Translations under genes and position numbers: made by a program
Shown here: positions 1 to 10,329 of the stretch, one piece after another
How positions within the stretch are numbered: the first letter of the stretch is position 1
Layout of the letters: the number at the start of each line of letters is the position of its first letter
Origin: a virus
Taxonomy: Duplodnaviria > Caudoviricetes
IMG/VR virus record: IMGVR_UViG_2643221888_000001
Span: 1-64,000 of that record
DNA: 64,000 nucleotides
Strand: one strand, 5' to 3'
The notes under the pieces: generated by a model
Databases searched by the model: none
Seen by the model: only the letters and a program-made list of their open reading frames with translations
Told to the model about the DNA's origin: nothing

Positions 1-1002
1 TTACTTCACGATCAAGTCCGATAAACGATCCAGCGCCTCGCGCTGGGCCTCGACCTGCAAGTGGGCATAGCGCTGAGTCGTTTGCACATTCGCGTGGCCC
101 AGGATTTTACCGATGGTGTACAGATCCGCCCCCAGGGCCAGCAGGATGCTCGCGCACGAGTGCCGCAGGTCGTGGAAATTCGCGTGCGGCAAGCCAGCCT
201 TCACGCGAGCTCGGCGCCAAGCGGACTGCACGCCGTATAGGGTCATACGCAGGGGGTAATGGTACAGCCATGGCCGCAGTGCCGGGATAATTGGGACCAC
301 GCGCATCTTCGCAGTTTTGGTATTGCTCGATGGGAAGGTGATCGAATCCTTTCCGATGTGTTGTTTCTCGATTTTGAAGAGCTCCCCCCTGCGGGCGCCG
401 GTAAGAAGCGCACCCCAAATCGCCGCCTGCGCCACGATGCTGCAGTGTGAGGCAATTCGCTGTACCTGGGCAATGGTGAGAAAAACCTCCCGCTTGTTGT
501 TCACCGGCACGCTTTCGATCCTCAAGCCGTAGTTTTCCGGCGTCATTCGGTGACGCCAGGCCAGCGTAAGGCCCTTCTTTGCACACGCCAGCGATCGATT
601 GATCGTGGCTGGCGCGTACGCCGGTTCCAGCTCGCCAGTCTTTCTGTTGGGGATGCGCTTGCTCATATCGCGAATCACGTGGTCCGCAAACTCTTGCGCC
701 TGGCTCGCTTTGTATTTCTCAGCCCACAACCCGAGCCGCTTGGCGTGGTGTTTCGATGTTTCGGCGCTGCGCAGGCCCTCGGAATGTTCGATGTAGAGGG
801 CCAGAATGGCCGCCATAGGCGGGTCGCCAGGAATGACCACCTGCTTCTTCTTGGGCGCCCGCGCCACGGCGGAGCGCAGCTCGGCCTCTACTCGCTTGGC
901 ATCACTCGCAGTTGCACCTTCCGGCAACTTTCGGTGAACTCTCTTGCCGTCGACCATGATACCGACGTGCTTCCTGCCATGTTTATCGTCCCAGATGGAC
1001 AT
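1..1002 (-). CDS. int: Tyrosine recombinase / phage integrase
   Basis: TGARRGEL, FHDLRHS and LGH..VQTTQRYAH catalytic motifs; start taken at MSIWDDK. Confidence 0.95.
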   Translation of the reverse strand: MSIWDDKHGRKHVGIMVDGKRVHRKLPEGATASDAKRVEAELRSAVARAPKKKQVVIPGDPPMAAILALYIEHSEGLRSAETSKHHAKRLGLWAEKYKASQAQEFADHVIRDMSKRIPNRKTGELEPAYAPATINRSLACAKKGLTLAWRHRMTPENYGLRIESVPVNNKREVFLTIAQVQRIASHCSIVAQAAIWGALLTGARRGELFKIEKQHIGKDSITFPSSNTKTAKMRVVPIIPALRPWLYHYPLRMTLYGVQSAWRRARVKAGLPHANFHDLRHSCASILLALGADLYTIGKILGHANVQTTQRYAHLQVEAQREALDRLSDLIVK

Positions 1003-1220
1003 TGCTGATTTTCCTTTAACCAAGTTTTGCATTCCGCCAAGTCGTAGCGCTTCGAACGCTTGCCGACTGGCGTATAAGGTAATCCGTTTTGCTCGAGTCG
1101 TCGCACTGTTGATTCACTGACCCCGAGCGCAGCGCAGAGCTGCTGGCGATTTAGCCCGCCAGCTGTTTGACTTGCAACAAGCTCTGCGATTCGCTTGAGC
1201 TCGTTCTCGTTCATCATCAT
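888..1220 (-). CDS. Excisionase-like HTH DNA-binding protein
   Basis: LNRQQLCAALGVSESTVRRLEQNGLP..KRYDLAECKTWL winged HTH, directly upstream of and overlapping int. Confidence 0.75.
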   Translation of the reverse strand: MMMNENELKRIAELVASQTAGGLNRQQLCAALGVSESTVRRLEQNGLPYTPVGKRSKRYDLAECKTWLKENQQCPSGTINMAGSTSVSWSTAREFTESCRKVQLRVMPSE

Positions 1221-1837
1221 GGTGGCGTCTCCAGCGTAGGTTGCGAAGTGTGGCGAGGCGCGGCAGCGATCATCGCCCGGTAGGCTGGCGCCATGGTAGC
1301 CAGCGTCGCCGCCAGCAGGTCCGCTGTTACGCCTGGCGCCGCATCCATTTGCATAAGCACCAGCAGCGCGGCGCGGCGCGCCAGCTCGATGTCGGCGGGC
1401 TTGGCAGTTGGCCAGATGGCGACTGCGGCGCCGGCGATGATCTCGGGCGTGGGTTCCGTCGGGACGAGCTGCCAGCCGGGCGGCGCCGTCGGCGGGGTGG
1501 CGGCGATCAGCGCAAGTACATCCGCCTTCACCTCGCACCAGGTCACGTCGTCAGGACCGAAGCCGCGGCCACACCAGGCCCTGAAGCGGCGATACAGCGC
1601 GCTCACGATCTCGTCGGCGCCGGCATGCACCGGTACCAGCGTGTAGCCTGCGGGTGCGGCCAGCGCCGGGGCGTGTGCGGCCAGTTGTGCGCGCAGCTCA
1701 GCATTCTCGCGCTCCGCGCGCTGGACCCGGTCGGCCGCCTCCAGCGCGCGGCTGTGGAACTGCCGCCGGCTGATCTCGTCGGCCATGGCCAGCTCGTAGG
1801 GCATGCGCAGCACGCCGTAGAACATGGTGTCACCCAT
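1217..1837 (-). CDS. Hypothetical phage protein
   Basis: Start/stop-coupled ORF; GWQLVPTEPT motif typical of early phage proteins. Confidence 0.7.
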   Translation of the reverse strand: MGDTMFYGVLRMPYELAMADEISRRQFHSRALEAADRVQRAERENAELRAQLAAHAPALAAPAGYTLVPVHAGADEIVSALYRRFRAWCGRGFGPDDVTWCEVKADVLALIAATPPTAPPGWQLVPTEPTPEIIAGAAVAIWPTAKPADIELARRAALLVLMQMDAAPGVTADLLAATLATMAPAYRAMIAAAPRHTSQPTLETPP

Positions 1838-2655
1838 CACGCACCGCCTTTCGCTGCAGCGGCGCCACGTAGCTCGCGCACGGCGTCGGCGCATTGCAGG
1901 CACGCCGAGCGATAGGGGCCATTAGTGCCATCCGCCTGCTGATCACATGCCTGCGCGGCCTGCTCAAAAGCCAGCACCACGTCGTGCCCGCCATCCGGCT
2001 TCCCAAACTGTGCCGTCAGTTCGGCAGCCAGGGCCGGATGCGTCGCCGCGCAGGACGTAGCATACGCGGCCAGTGCAGGCCCGGCGTGCTGGTCGTGATC
2101 CATATCCAGAACGAAGTAGCGGCAGCCGCGATGCTTGCCGCCTGGCGCATCGCTTCCGTTCACGCGGCGCACCTCGAACTTGTGGAACAAGCCTTGCTGC
2201 CCGGCGGGCTGGGATTGGTCACGCTCGGGGAATGGGCCAGGCTGCACTCTGGCGGCAGGAACGTGAGCAGGAACGTGGGCAGCCAAGTCGGCGCGCACAT
2301 ACCGTACGTCCATGCTGTCGATGCGTTCCCAGCACCACGTCAGTTCAAGGCCGTCTGTATATGGGATGCACTCGTCAGCATTGGCCTCGCCCGGATTCAG
2401 CCAGATTTCTTCCGGGTACGTGGCCGCATGCGGGTTCGACTGCCCCGCCACTGGCGCAGGCTGCTGCACTGGCTGCGCGGCAGCCTGGCTTTCGAGGGTC
2501 CGGATCGCGGCCCATTGCTCCGGCGTAAAGCCGCCGGGGCCGGATAACGCTGACACCGCTGGCGAGTAGTAGCTATCACGCACATCCACAAATTTGTGCG
2601 TTGGCTCAGCCGCTGGTTGACGCGGTGCTGCCTCATTTTTATAAATGTCAGTCAT
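1837..2655 (-). CDS. Hypothetical mosaic phage protein
   Basis: 272-aa ORF coupled to both neighbours. Confidence 0.7.
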   Translation of the reverse strand: MTDIYKNEAAPRQPAAEPTHKFVDVRDSYYSPAVSALSGPGGFTPEQWAAIRTLESQAAAQPVQQPAPVAGQSNPHAATYPEEIWLNPGEANADECIPYTDGLELTWCWERIDSMDVRYVRADLAAHVPAHVPAARVQPGPFPERDQSQPAGQQGLFHKFEVRRVNGSDAPGGKHRGCRYFVLDMDHDQHAGPALAAYATSCAATHPALAAELTAQFGKPDGGHDVVLAFEQAAQACDQQADGTNGPYRSACLQCADAVRELRGAAAAKGGA

Positions 2656-2885
2656 GTCGGTTGCTCCAAAATCGTAATGTCAGCGGGCCGCACCGGTTCG
2701 GCGCTGCCCTCCATGTAGACGACCATTTCCCGGTCGCCCTTGTGCCAACAGAAGCCGGCGATGAATTTCTTTACTCCTGCATGCATCACCGGGCGCGCGA
2801 GCTGCTTCGCGCGGTGGATGCGCAGGTCGTGCTGGTCGGCCTGGTCCTGTGCCGTCGGCGCCGGCGCCTGGTCGCGCGCGCTCAC
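2652..2885 (-). CDS. Hypothetical phage protein
   Basis: 77-aa ORF with 4-bp overlaps on both sides. Confidence 0.65.
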   Translation of the reverse strand: MSARDQAPAPTAQDQADQHDLRIHRAKQLARPVMHAGVKKFIAGFCWHKGDREMVVYMEGSAEPVRPADITILEQPT

Positions 2886-2980
2886 CTCGACATCCAGTCG
2901 CAGAGCAGGGCGGCCAGGGCCAGGCCGTACAGCTTCAGGGCGCCAATGCAGGCGACGCGGCGGATGACGCTGGCGCTCAC
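2882..2980 (-). CDS. Small hydrophobic peptide (32 aa)
   Basis: Read by hand: MSASVIRRVACIGALKLYGLALAALLCDWMSR, GTG start; fills the gap exactly with GTGA overlaps. Confidence 0.55.
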   Translation of the reverse strand: MSASVIRRVACIGALKLYGLALAALLCDWMSR

Positions 2981-3372
2981 GGCGCCACCTTCACAGCACG
3001 GCCGCCGCGCCACCGCCAGCCTGGTGCGATCTGGTTGCGCTTAAAGCGTTCCCGCCGCTGCGCTTGCGTCAGAAGCGGATATGCTTCATCCCCATTCCTG
3101 AAGTGGCCGTCGGGAACCAGTCCCCAATAGTGGCAATCGATCCACTCGCTGCGTGGGCAATGCATATCCCACTCCGTGCCGCAATCCGTGTAGCATGAGC
3201 GCCAGAAGACGGGGCAGCCGTCAATCCCGATACCGTTTTTCTCCAGGCCAAAGGCTTGAGGATGGCTCCAGCGGTCCACCTTGGCAACGTCAGGAACGTC
3301 TGGCCAGCCGCCGCAGCTGCGCAGCAGCTCCACCGCGCGCTTCGCCTGCTTCTTGTAGATACGCGGATTCAT
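2977..3372 (-). CDS. Hypothetical phage protein
   Basis: MNPRIYKKQ start with ATGA overlap to the upstream gene. Confidence 0.65.
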   Translation of the reverse strand: MNPRIYKKQAKRAVELLRSCGGWPDVPDVAKVDRWSHPQAFGLEKNGIGIDGCPVFWRSCYTDCGTEWDMHCPRSEWIDCHYWGLVPDGHFRNGDEAYPLLTQAQRRERFKRNQIAPGWRWRGGRAVKVAP

Positions 3373-3995
3373 GGTGTCACCCGCTTGAACTCGACCACCC
3401 ACACCCACGGATTCGCCGCCCAGCTGCCGGCGCCGTTGATCTCGTCCCACAGCTCGCTATACGCACGAATCGCTGGGGGTAGATACTCGCCGGCGCAGTA
3501 GCCGCGCATGTGCCGATCCTCCAGGGTGATGCCCTCGGCACGCGCGTCCGCCTCGCTGCAGTCGTTCAGCCGCTCCACCCGCACGCTGACGATCGCCAAC
3601 AGGATCCGGCTGGCCCAGCGCGGCATGTGAATGCTGACGCGTGTCTTGCCGACGCACCGCTCGGCTGGCGCGGCGCCGTCGGCGTCATACCAGACCGGAT
3701 GCGGCTGCATGTCGCTCGGCGCCAGGTAGTCGGCGCGGCCGCCATCGCCTGTGGAGCGCCACGTCTCGCGCACCCACAGGCGGTCGCCCGGCTGGCCGTA
3801 TGGGCATTCACGCAGCAAGCTGGCCAGCGTGACTGCCTCGCGGCCTTCCATCTGGTAGCGGTTCGTGTGTGGGTCGCCAGCGATGACAATCGGGTATTCC
3901 GGCTGCCGCTTCATCACCCGCCGCGTCTGCGACTTGGTGCCGTCCAGCGTGGCGCGCACCATGGCGCCGTTCATGAGGATGGGGCGTTCAGTCAC
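3369..3995 (-). CDS. Conserved phage protein (ASCH/PUA-like)
   Basis: [48 protein letters not shown] and NPWVWVVEF motifs. Confidence 0.8.
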   Translation of the reverse strand: MTERPILMNGAMVRATLDGTKSQTRRVMKRQPEYPIVIAGDPHTNRYQMEGREAVTLASLLRECPYGQPGDRLWVRETWRSTGDGGRADYLAPSDMQPHPVWYDADGAAPAERCVGKTRVSIHMPRWASRILLAIVSVRVERLNDCSEADARAEGITLEDRHMRGYCAGEYLPPAIRAYSELWDEINGAGSWAANPWVWVVEFKRVTP

Positions 3996-4614
3996 AGCTG
4001 CCTCCCTCGGTGTCAGGCGACGTGCCGTCGAAGAGCGGCAGCCCAGTCTTGCCAGCCGCATCCGCATCAGCCTTGGCGCGGCCTTGTTCGTAGTGCGCAT
4101 CACTGCAAAACCCTCGGCCCATCCAGAGGGTATTCGACGGGCGGCCGCAGAAGCAGGTCGGAAACGGATCAGCCTTGTTGGCGCTGTACCAGGCCTGCGG
4201 CTCACTCGCCCACGGCGCGGCCTCATCCGGTACGCCAACACCCATGAGGCTGTTCTGCACCCAGGTCATTGCCGCCTCGGCGCCGGCGCCGCGCCGCCAC
4301 TCGATCCAAGCGGCCTGGTTGCCGACCAGCACGTCATGCATGATCTTGGCGTCGGAGTGGATGCGACGCTCCAGCGCGGCGATGCGCTCCATGCGCTCCC
4401 GGGCAACCTGAGTCACCTGCTGGCGCGGCAAGTCGCCACCGAGAAGGAGGCCGATATCGTTCACGAGGTCTTGCAGGCCACGGCAGGCTTTATGCCAGTT
4501 GCCTACCTGCGCATGCAGTTGAGCGACACGTTTGTCGCGTTCGGCCAGCTGCTGCTCGGCGCTGGCCAGGCTGATTTTTACTGCAGCCAGTTCCGTTTCC
4601 GTGTTTGCGCTCAT
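3988..4614 (-). CDS. Hypothetical coiled-coil phage protein
   Basis: 208-aa coupled ORF. Confidence 0.7.
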   Translation of the reverse strand: MSANTETELAAVKISLASAEQQLAERDKRVAQLHAQVGNWHKACRGLQDLVNDIGLLLGGDLPRQQVTQVARERMERIAALERRIHSDAKIMHDVLVGNQAAWIEWRRGAGAEAAMTWVQNSLMGVGVPDEAAPWASEPQAWYSANKADPFPTCFCGRPSNTLWMGRGFCSDAHYEQGRAKADADAAGKTGLPLFDGTSPDTEGGSCD

Positions 4615-6083
4615 GCGGCACCGCCGTGCGCCAGCAGCTCGCGGTTGCCGTTCGACTGCATCGGGCCAACGACCGATCCCTCCATCGCCTCCAGCAGGCG
4701 CGCTGCCCGGTTGTAGCCGATCAACAGGTGGCGCTGGACCGGCGAGATCGACGCGCGCTGGTTGGTGCGCACCACTGCCACGGCCTGCTCGTACAGCGGA
4801 TCGACGGCACTGCCGTCGCCGGCCGGCACGTCAGCGGCCAGGTTCGTCACCACGCGCTGCTCGCGCACTGGCTCGTCGCCTTTGGCGGGTGCCTGGGTTG
4901 GCTCGACAATTTCGATGGCAGCGACGAGCAGCAGTTGCTGAGACTGCGAGCCGGCTGGCAGAGCCTTAGCCATGGCCAGCGCTGCCTCTACGGCGCCCAA
5001 GCTCTTTTCGGCCATGTGTTCGCGCACGCTTTCGATCACGGGCTGGATCGTTTTTTCATAGAGTTCGTTCAGCACGGCGCGGTGCATATCGCGCGTCTTG
5101 TACATTTCGGCCGTGAGGCGGATGGCGCGCTCGACGTTCTGCTGCGTGCCGGCTTGCGGGCGCTTCTCAACGCCCGGCGCGCCCACCGTCGCTTCACCGC
5201 CCAGCGCTTCCACGATATCGGCCAGCAGCTTGGCCAGCTCGCCCGTCATCAGCATGAAGTCGCCGTCGAAGCGTTCGTCGTCGTTGCGGCTGGTGCCGCG
5301 CGTTTCTTCTGTCAGCACGTCGAGCGGCTTGACGCTCTTGATGGCCAACGTCTCGTCCAGCACGAACGAAATCTTGCTGTCCCAGGTCATCGCCAGGCGA
5401 GTGCACTGCTTGCCGGCTGCAATGTGGCGGCGCACGTCGTCCGGCTCGAGGGTGTGGCGCTTATACGCGACCTGAGCTTTGCTCTCGCCAGTGGCGCGCA
5501 TGATGGCGTCCTGGTCGATGGTGAAGCCGGCCGGCGCTTCGTCGGACTGCAGCCACTCGGTCATCACGCCCACCGGCGAGCGCTGTACGCGCAAGCTTTC
5601 CAGCGGTATCTTGTCGACCGCCTTGAGCAGCAGCTTGATGACTTCGTCGGCCTTCGCCGGGCTGGCCGCGTCCACCACCAGCCAGCCGTTGACCGGATCG
5701 ATCCAGGTCCAGGTGTTTGACTCGATACTGAAAGCGCGTGGCAGCAGCTCGTCGGTGACGCGCTCCTTCAATTCCTTCATGGCCTTCTTGCCCGGCGCGA
5801 AGCCCTGGGCCTCTTCCATTTCGGCGGCGCGCGCCTTCGTCACCTGGTTGATGACGGTGGCCGGCAGCAGCTTCTTCTCGCCGCGCAGGCGGATCAGCAT
5901 CTGCTTGTTGACTGCGTGTACCAGCGCGCCGTCCTTGCGGGGCGAGTCCCAGCCCTGGCGGATCAGCTCGGTGCTGCTGGCCGGCGCGAAGGCGTTGGAA
6001 GCGAGCGCTTCGGCCAGCGCTTCGGCGGTCATTGCCCAGTGCGCCGGCAGCCGATAAACCTGTAAATTTTTAAACATCATCAA
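4611..6083 (-). CDS. rdgC: Recombination-associated protein RdgC fused to a C-terminal FtsK gamma domain
   Basis: [35 protein letters not shown] (RdgC); [33 protein letters not shown] (FtsK-gamma). Confidence 0.9.
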   Translation of the reverse strand: MMMFKNLQVYRLPAHWAMTAEALAEALASNAFAPASSTELIRQGWDSPRKDGALVHAVNKQMLIRLRGEKKLLPATVINQVTKARAAEMEEAQGFAPGKKAMKELKERVTDELLPRAFSIESNTWTWIDPVNGWLVVDAASPAKADEVIKLLLKAVDKIPLESLRVQRSPVGVMTEWLQSDEAPAGFTIDQDAIMRATGESKAQVAYKRHTLEPDDVRRHIAAGKQCTRLAMTWDSKISFVLDETLAIKSVKPLDVLTEETRGTSRNDDERFDGDFMLMTGELAKLLADIVEALGGEATVGAPGVEKRPQAGTQQNVERAIRLTAEMYKTRDMHRAVLNELYEKTIQPVIESVREHMAEKSLGAVEAALAMAKALPAGSQSQQLLLVAAIEIVEPTQAPAKGDEPVREQRVVTNLAADVPAGDGSAVDPLYEQAVAVVRTNQRASISPVQRHLLIGYNRAARLLEAMEGSVVGPMQSNGNRELLAHGGAA

Positions 6084-6087
6084 TCCT

Positions 6088-6552
6088 TTAATAGCCGCGC
6101 GGCGGCGCTTCGTGAAATTCGACGCCCATCTGGCCGCCGAAAGCGTGTATTTGCTCCATGTACTGGGCGAATCCCTTGACCGTAAGGTCGGTGCTGCTAC
6201 CCACCAGAACCGGCTGTCCGCCCGGATCGAAATCCCATTTGCGGTAGCTTTCTTCCTTGCACAGCTCTGGGTCGTATTCCTCCGGCAGAAACTGCTGCTT
6301 GAAGTACTCGTGCCAGATTTCAGCGCTGTACTGGCGCTGGTCGCTCCAGCACTGCTCTGCTATATCCTTAAGGGGCCCGGCCCACATGCGAGCGTTCTGA
6401 TCCAGCTTTCGGGCTTTCACTTCCTCCCGCACCAGCACCTCCAGCGGCTTCTCCGCGTCGAGTGGCAGGTTGCGGAGCAGGGCGATGGCGCGGTCGACAT
6501 GCTCTTGGCCGCGAAGCAGCAGCTTGCGCTGCTCGAACTTCGGGCGCGTCAT
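6088..6552 (-). CDS. ninB: NinB/Orf-family recombination protein
   Basis: [42 protein letters not shown]. Confidence 0.85.
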   Translation of the reverse strand: MTRPKFEQRKLLLRGQEHVDRAIALLRNLPLDAEKPLEVLVREEVKARKLDQNARMWAGPLKDIAEQCWSDQRQYSAEIWHEYFKQQFLPEEYDPELCKEESYRKWDFDPGGQPVLVGSSTDLTVKGFAQYMEQIHAFGGQMGVEFHEAPPRGY

Positions 6553-6580
6553 GGCGGTGCTCCCGCCGACCAGCGCGCCG

Positions 6581-7654
6581 TCATGCTGGCACCGCCTCGG
6601 AGCTGAGGGCGATGACCTTGTTCGGCGCCCGGTCCCAGCCGCGAACTTCGTCCTCCGTGAACTTGCCGGCTTCCGACAGGTCGCTGGTGTAACCGCACGT
6701 GCCGGCGCGGTGGTACAGGCTGTTCTGCTCGTTCCATATGGCAAACAGTGCTGGCTTCCCTGGGAACAGAATGTCGCGCAGCACGGCGGCGCGCTCGAAC
6801 TTCATCGCCTTGATCGCACTCGCCATTTCACCCTCGATCCGCTGGCGGCGCTGGCGCGCGTTGCGCTTTACGCGCGGGTCGCCCGGGCATGCCGCGTAAA
6901 GCTCCCGGTGATCTGCCCACTCAACGCCATGTTTACCCGTGACGACCATCCAGCGGCCATTCAGGCTGTAGTACGCAGCGCCGTAGACCACGCGCCCTTT
7001 GCGGGTGATCGCATAGACTTTTGCCCCATCTTCGATGGCAACGCCGTCGCGTGTGAAGCCGTTGCTTGGGCTGTTGAAAGAAGCGCGCCCAAGATGCTCG
7101 ACGTAGTGGCCCGAGGATCGCTGACTATGCTTGGCATATTCCAGCGCAGTTGCGCCGTTCAAGCCGATCTTCGGGGCCGATGGCTCGAACACATAGCCGG
7201 TGAAGGCGTTCAGCAGGTAGTCCCGTATGCGGAGCCTTGCTCGTTCCATTTCGATGCGCAACAGGTATGGCATGCGCGCCTCCTTACCGAAGTCGTAGCG
7301 CCCACCGTTGCGGTTCTCAGACAGCGTGACGTCCTGCCACATCTCGAATTTGATGCAGCGGCCCGACATCTCGAGCTGTCCCTTTAGGTCGCCCTTAGAG
7401 CAGGTGCGGTGGTTGAGCGCAATTGCCTTGTATTGGTCCGACTCATCCCAAGGCAAGACGCTCCATCCGATTCGGCGCAGGGTTTGCACAATCCGTGCAA
7501 ACACATCGCGCTTAAACTGTCGCTCCCATGCCTTTTCTGCCGGCCATCCGCCAGCGGCGCGCGCTGCCGAGATTCCTTCCTCTCGAATGTACACGTAGGC
7601 GTCACCGAAGCCGATGGCGCCTACGCGCTCGATGCGGCCCTTGGTCATCGTCAT
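6581..7654 (-). CDS. Hypothetical phage protein with UVR-like motif
   Basis: 357-aa ORF; EMASAIKAMKFERAAVLRD resembles a UVR coiled coil. Confidence 0.75.
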   Translation of the reverse strand: MTMTKGRIERVGAIGFGDAYVYIREEGISAARAAGGWPAEKAWERQFKRDVFARIVQTLRRIGWSVLPWDESDQYKAIALNHRTCSKGDLKGQLEMSGRCIKFEMWQDVTLSENRNGGRYDFGKEARMPYLLRIEMERARLRIRDYLLNAFTGYVFEPSAPKIGLNGATALEYAKHSQRSSGHYVEHLGRASFNSPSNGFTRDGVAIEDGAKVYAITRKGRVVYGAAYYSLNGRWMVVTGKHGVEWADHRELYAACPGDPRVKRNARQRRQRIEGEMASAIKAMKFERAAVLRDILFPGKPALFAIWNEQNSLYHRAGTCGYTSDLSEAGKFTEDEVRGWDRAPNKVIALSSEAVPA

Positions 7655-8355
7655 GGCGCTACGCCCAGGTCGACCACGTCGATGACGATGCCACGGCAGT
7701 ACACGATGCCGTCTTCCATGATGTCGAAGGTCGCGTGCGGCACGTCGGTGCGGTAGGTCCAGCTGGTGTCATCTTCCGCGCACCACAGGGCTTCGACCTT
7801 GCGCGCCAGCGGTTCGCGCGAGAAGTAGTCCTTGAGCTCGACGTCGTCTTCAATGTTCTCGCGCCCAGGCAGCATGCCCTGCACATCAATCAGCGCCGTG
7901 CCACCGTCGTAGCAGCCGAATTCATCATCGATGGCGCCGCGCAGTTCCATCAGGTCGTCGCTGGCGCCGAAGATCACCACCAGGCCGGCGGCAGCCGCCT
8001 GGGCTTGCTCTTCCTTCGTCATGTCGAATGGGTATTCGCGGCCGTCCAGCGTCACGGCCAGCAGTTCCTTGCTCAGCTTCGGTGCCGCGACCGGCGCCGC
8101 CGCCGGCACACCCATGTTGGTGTACGGGTGCTTGTCCTTGTGCGGCTGGATGTGCGCAATGAAGTGCTTGCCGATCGATTCGGCAGTGGCGAAGGCAGCG
8201 AACTCCTGGGCCGTGAAATTGGCGTAGTGGTACACGTTGCCGGGCGCGCCCTTGGCAAAGAACTGGATGGCCAGAGTCTGGCTGGCGGCGTCGTGACCGA
8301 TGGCCGCGAGCTTGCTGGATTTGACCGGGGTGAGGGCGATGCTATTTGCGTTCAT
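7651..8355 (-). CDS. KTSC-domain protein fused to a conserved phage domain
   Basis: VKSSKLAAIGHD..TLAIQF..VYHYAN..AESIGKHF (KTSC); GLVVIFGASDDLMELRGA second domain. Confidence 0.85.
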   Translation of the reverse strand: MNANSIALTPVKSSKLAAIGHDAASQTLAIQFFAKGAPGNVYHYANFTAQEFAAFATAESIGKHFIAHIQPHKDKHPYTNMGVPAAAPVAAPKLSKELLAVTLDGREYPFDMTKEEQAQAAAAGLVVIFGASDDLMELRGAIDDEFGCYDGGTALIDVQGMLPGRENIEDDVELKDYFSREPLARKVEALWCAEDDTSWTYRTDVPHATFDIMEDGIVYCRGIVIDVVDLGVAP

Positions 8356-8379
8356 GGATGACTCCTGGTGGTGATGGGG

Positions 8380-10281
8380 TTATGCGGCGTACTTCGTCTG
8401 CACGGCGGCGATGTGGCGGGTCAGAGCAGCGCACATGCGCGGGAAATCAGCTTCGTGATACAACTTGGCGGCGCGGTCGGTGGCCGCCGGCGCAAAGCCC
8501 AACGCGGTCAGAAAGTCAGCGGTCAGCGTGATGCCGAGGCGTTCGCTGATCTGGCCTAGGCGCAGCGCCGGCGGTGTTTGCGCGTTCACCGCGGCGCCGG
8601 TCGAGAACAGATCTGCCTCAGCAGTGCCTGCCTGCGAGTTGGCGAGGTCGCTCAGCCGGCCCTGTTCGGCCAGTGCTGCAGCCTGGTCTCGCGCGATGCT
8701 GGCGTGTGCAGCTGCAAGGGCGCTTTCGCGGGTTGGCTGCGCGTCCTGGGCGGCGCGGTCGGCTGCTGCCTGGCTGGCGCGCTGTTCGGCGAGCGCGGCG
8801 GCCTGCTGTTCCATCTGCGCCTTCGTGGCAGCGGCGACGCGCTCGCGCTCTGCCTGGTCGGCTGCGGCTTGACGCTCGGCATCGGCGCGGCGCTGGGCGG
8901 CCAGCTCGGCAGCCGCAGCAGCTTCGGCCTTGGCCTTTTCCTCGGCCGCGATCTTGGCGCGCAGCGCTTCCTGCTTGGCGGCCTCGGCGCGCTCGTGATC
9001 AGCGATGCGGGTGCGCACCACCAGCTGGAAGTCGTCCATCGGCTTGCCGATGATCTGCGCCATATCCATGAACAGGGCGCCGTACCCGGTGGCGTTTTCT
9101 TTGCACCATGCCTGCTTGAGGCGGTAATCGCCGGCCTTCTGGTTGGCTTCGATCTTGGCATTCGCCAACGTAGTGTTCACGGCATCGTGCAGGCTGGCCA
9201 GCGTGCGCTTGTTTTTCATGGCGCCAGCGAAGTCGGGCGGCAGCAGAGCCAGGCGCAGCGGTGCAATTTCCTTTTCCAGCCCTGCGATGTGGTCTGCGTA
9301 ATCGCGCTTGCCTTCGTTGAGGATCGTTTCCTTGATCTGTTCTTTGCGGGTCTTGACCAGCTTTTCCAGTTCCAGGCGCTTTGCGCGGAACTGGGCCTTG
9401 ATGTGGTCGACCGTGCGCATCACCTCGTCGATGGTCGAGGTCTGCGCCAGCGCGGCCGCCTTGGCCAGATCGAGCTTGTCCTCGGCCTCACCGCAGAACT
9501 TCACGTTGTATTCGGCGTCCGCGAAGTCCTGGTCATCCTGCAGGTCGGTCTTGATAGTGCCGAGGAACTTCTCGGCAGCCTTCTGGTAGGCCATAAGGTT
9601 GCTGCTGACCACTTTGCCCTCGGTCTGCACGACCAGCGCGGGCAGCGCGGCGGCCGGCGCGGCTTCCGGCTTCACTGCATGGTCCACCTGCTTGTAGCTG
9701 GCAACATCGGCGTCGAATTGCTCCCAGCCAGCGCGGATGCGGTCGAACCAGGCGGCGTCCGGATACACCCACATCCAGACCATGTTTTCCTCGGTGCCGT
9801 CGGACACCATGAACATCCATTTCTCTGCACCGGTGACCATCAGCTGCTGTTGGACCTGTGGCTTGTGGTCGTCGGGCAGCTCGTTGCCGGCCACGGCGGC
9901 GGCCAGCTCTTCGTTCCACTGCTTGTGCTCGAAGCCGATGGTCTCGTCCATGGTCAGGCCGTCGCAGGATGCGCTCTCGCGCCCCAGCGACAGTGTCACC
10001 GGGTACAGGTCGTCGCCCAAGATTTTCTCGGCGTTCGGGCGGGCCGTGGCCTCGACCTGGTGGCCGTAGTCCAGGATGTGTTCCTGCACCCACTCGCTGA
10101 ATTCTTCCGCGAGGCCGGTTGCCTTCATGCGCACCAGCTCTGATCGGGTGACCTTTTTTGACAGGCCCAGCATGGCAGCCGCCTCGCTGGCGCCGTGGTG
10201 CGCGAAGCGGAAGGCGTGCCAGTCGTCGCTGCCCTGCAGCAGGTTGTGGATTTCACGGGTGAGGGTGGTCTCGCGTTGCAT
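8380..10281 (-). CDS. YqaJ/lambda-exonuclease family nuclease with long coiled-coil extension
   Basis: QGSDDWHAFR..GASEAAAMLG, ASCDG, FEHK, QVQQQL motifs; adjacent to RecT. Confidence 0.9.
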   Translation of the reverse strand: MQRETTLTREIHNLLQGSDDWHAFRFAHHGASEAAAMLGLSKKVTRSELVRMKATGLAEEFSEWVQEHILDYGHQVEATARPNAEKILGDDLYPVTLSLGRESASCDGLTMDETIGFEHKQWNEELAAAVAGNELPDDHKPQVQQQLMVTGAEKWMFMVSDGTEENMVWMWVYPDAAWFDRIRAGWEQFDADVASYKQVDHAVKPEAAPAAALPALVVQTEGKVVSSNLMAYQKAAEKFLGTIKTDLQDDQDFADAEYNVKFCGEAEDKLDLAKAAALAQTSTIDEVMRTVDHIKAQFRAKRLELEKLVKTRKEQIKETILNEGKRDYADHIAGLEKEIAPLRLALLPPDFAGAMKNKRTLASLHDAVNTTLANAKIEANQKAGDYRLKQAWCKENATGYGALFMDMAQIIGKPMDDFQLVVRTRIADHERAEAAKQEALRAKIAAEEKAKAEAAAAAELAAQRRADAERQAAADQAERERVAAATKAQMEQQAAALAEQRASQAAADRAAQDAQPTRESALAAAHASIARDQAAALAEQGRLSDLANSQAGTAEADLFSTGAAVNAQTPPALRLGQISERLGITLTADFLTALGFAPAATDRAAKLYHEADFPRMCAALTRHIAAVQTKYAA

Positions 10282-10329
10282 GTTCTGTCCTGGTAGTTTT
10301 CGGGGTGTGGTCGGTGGTGCTGCTGCGGA

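Noticed and set aside
2254-2279. 12-bp tandem duplication GCAGGAACGTG(A/G)
   Set aside because: In-frame AHVP duplication in a linker; trivial
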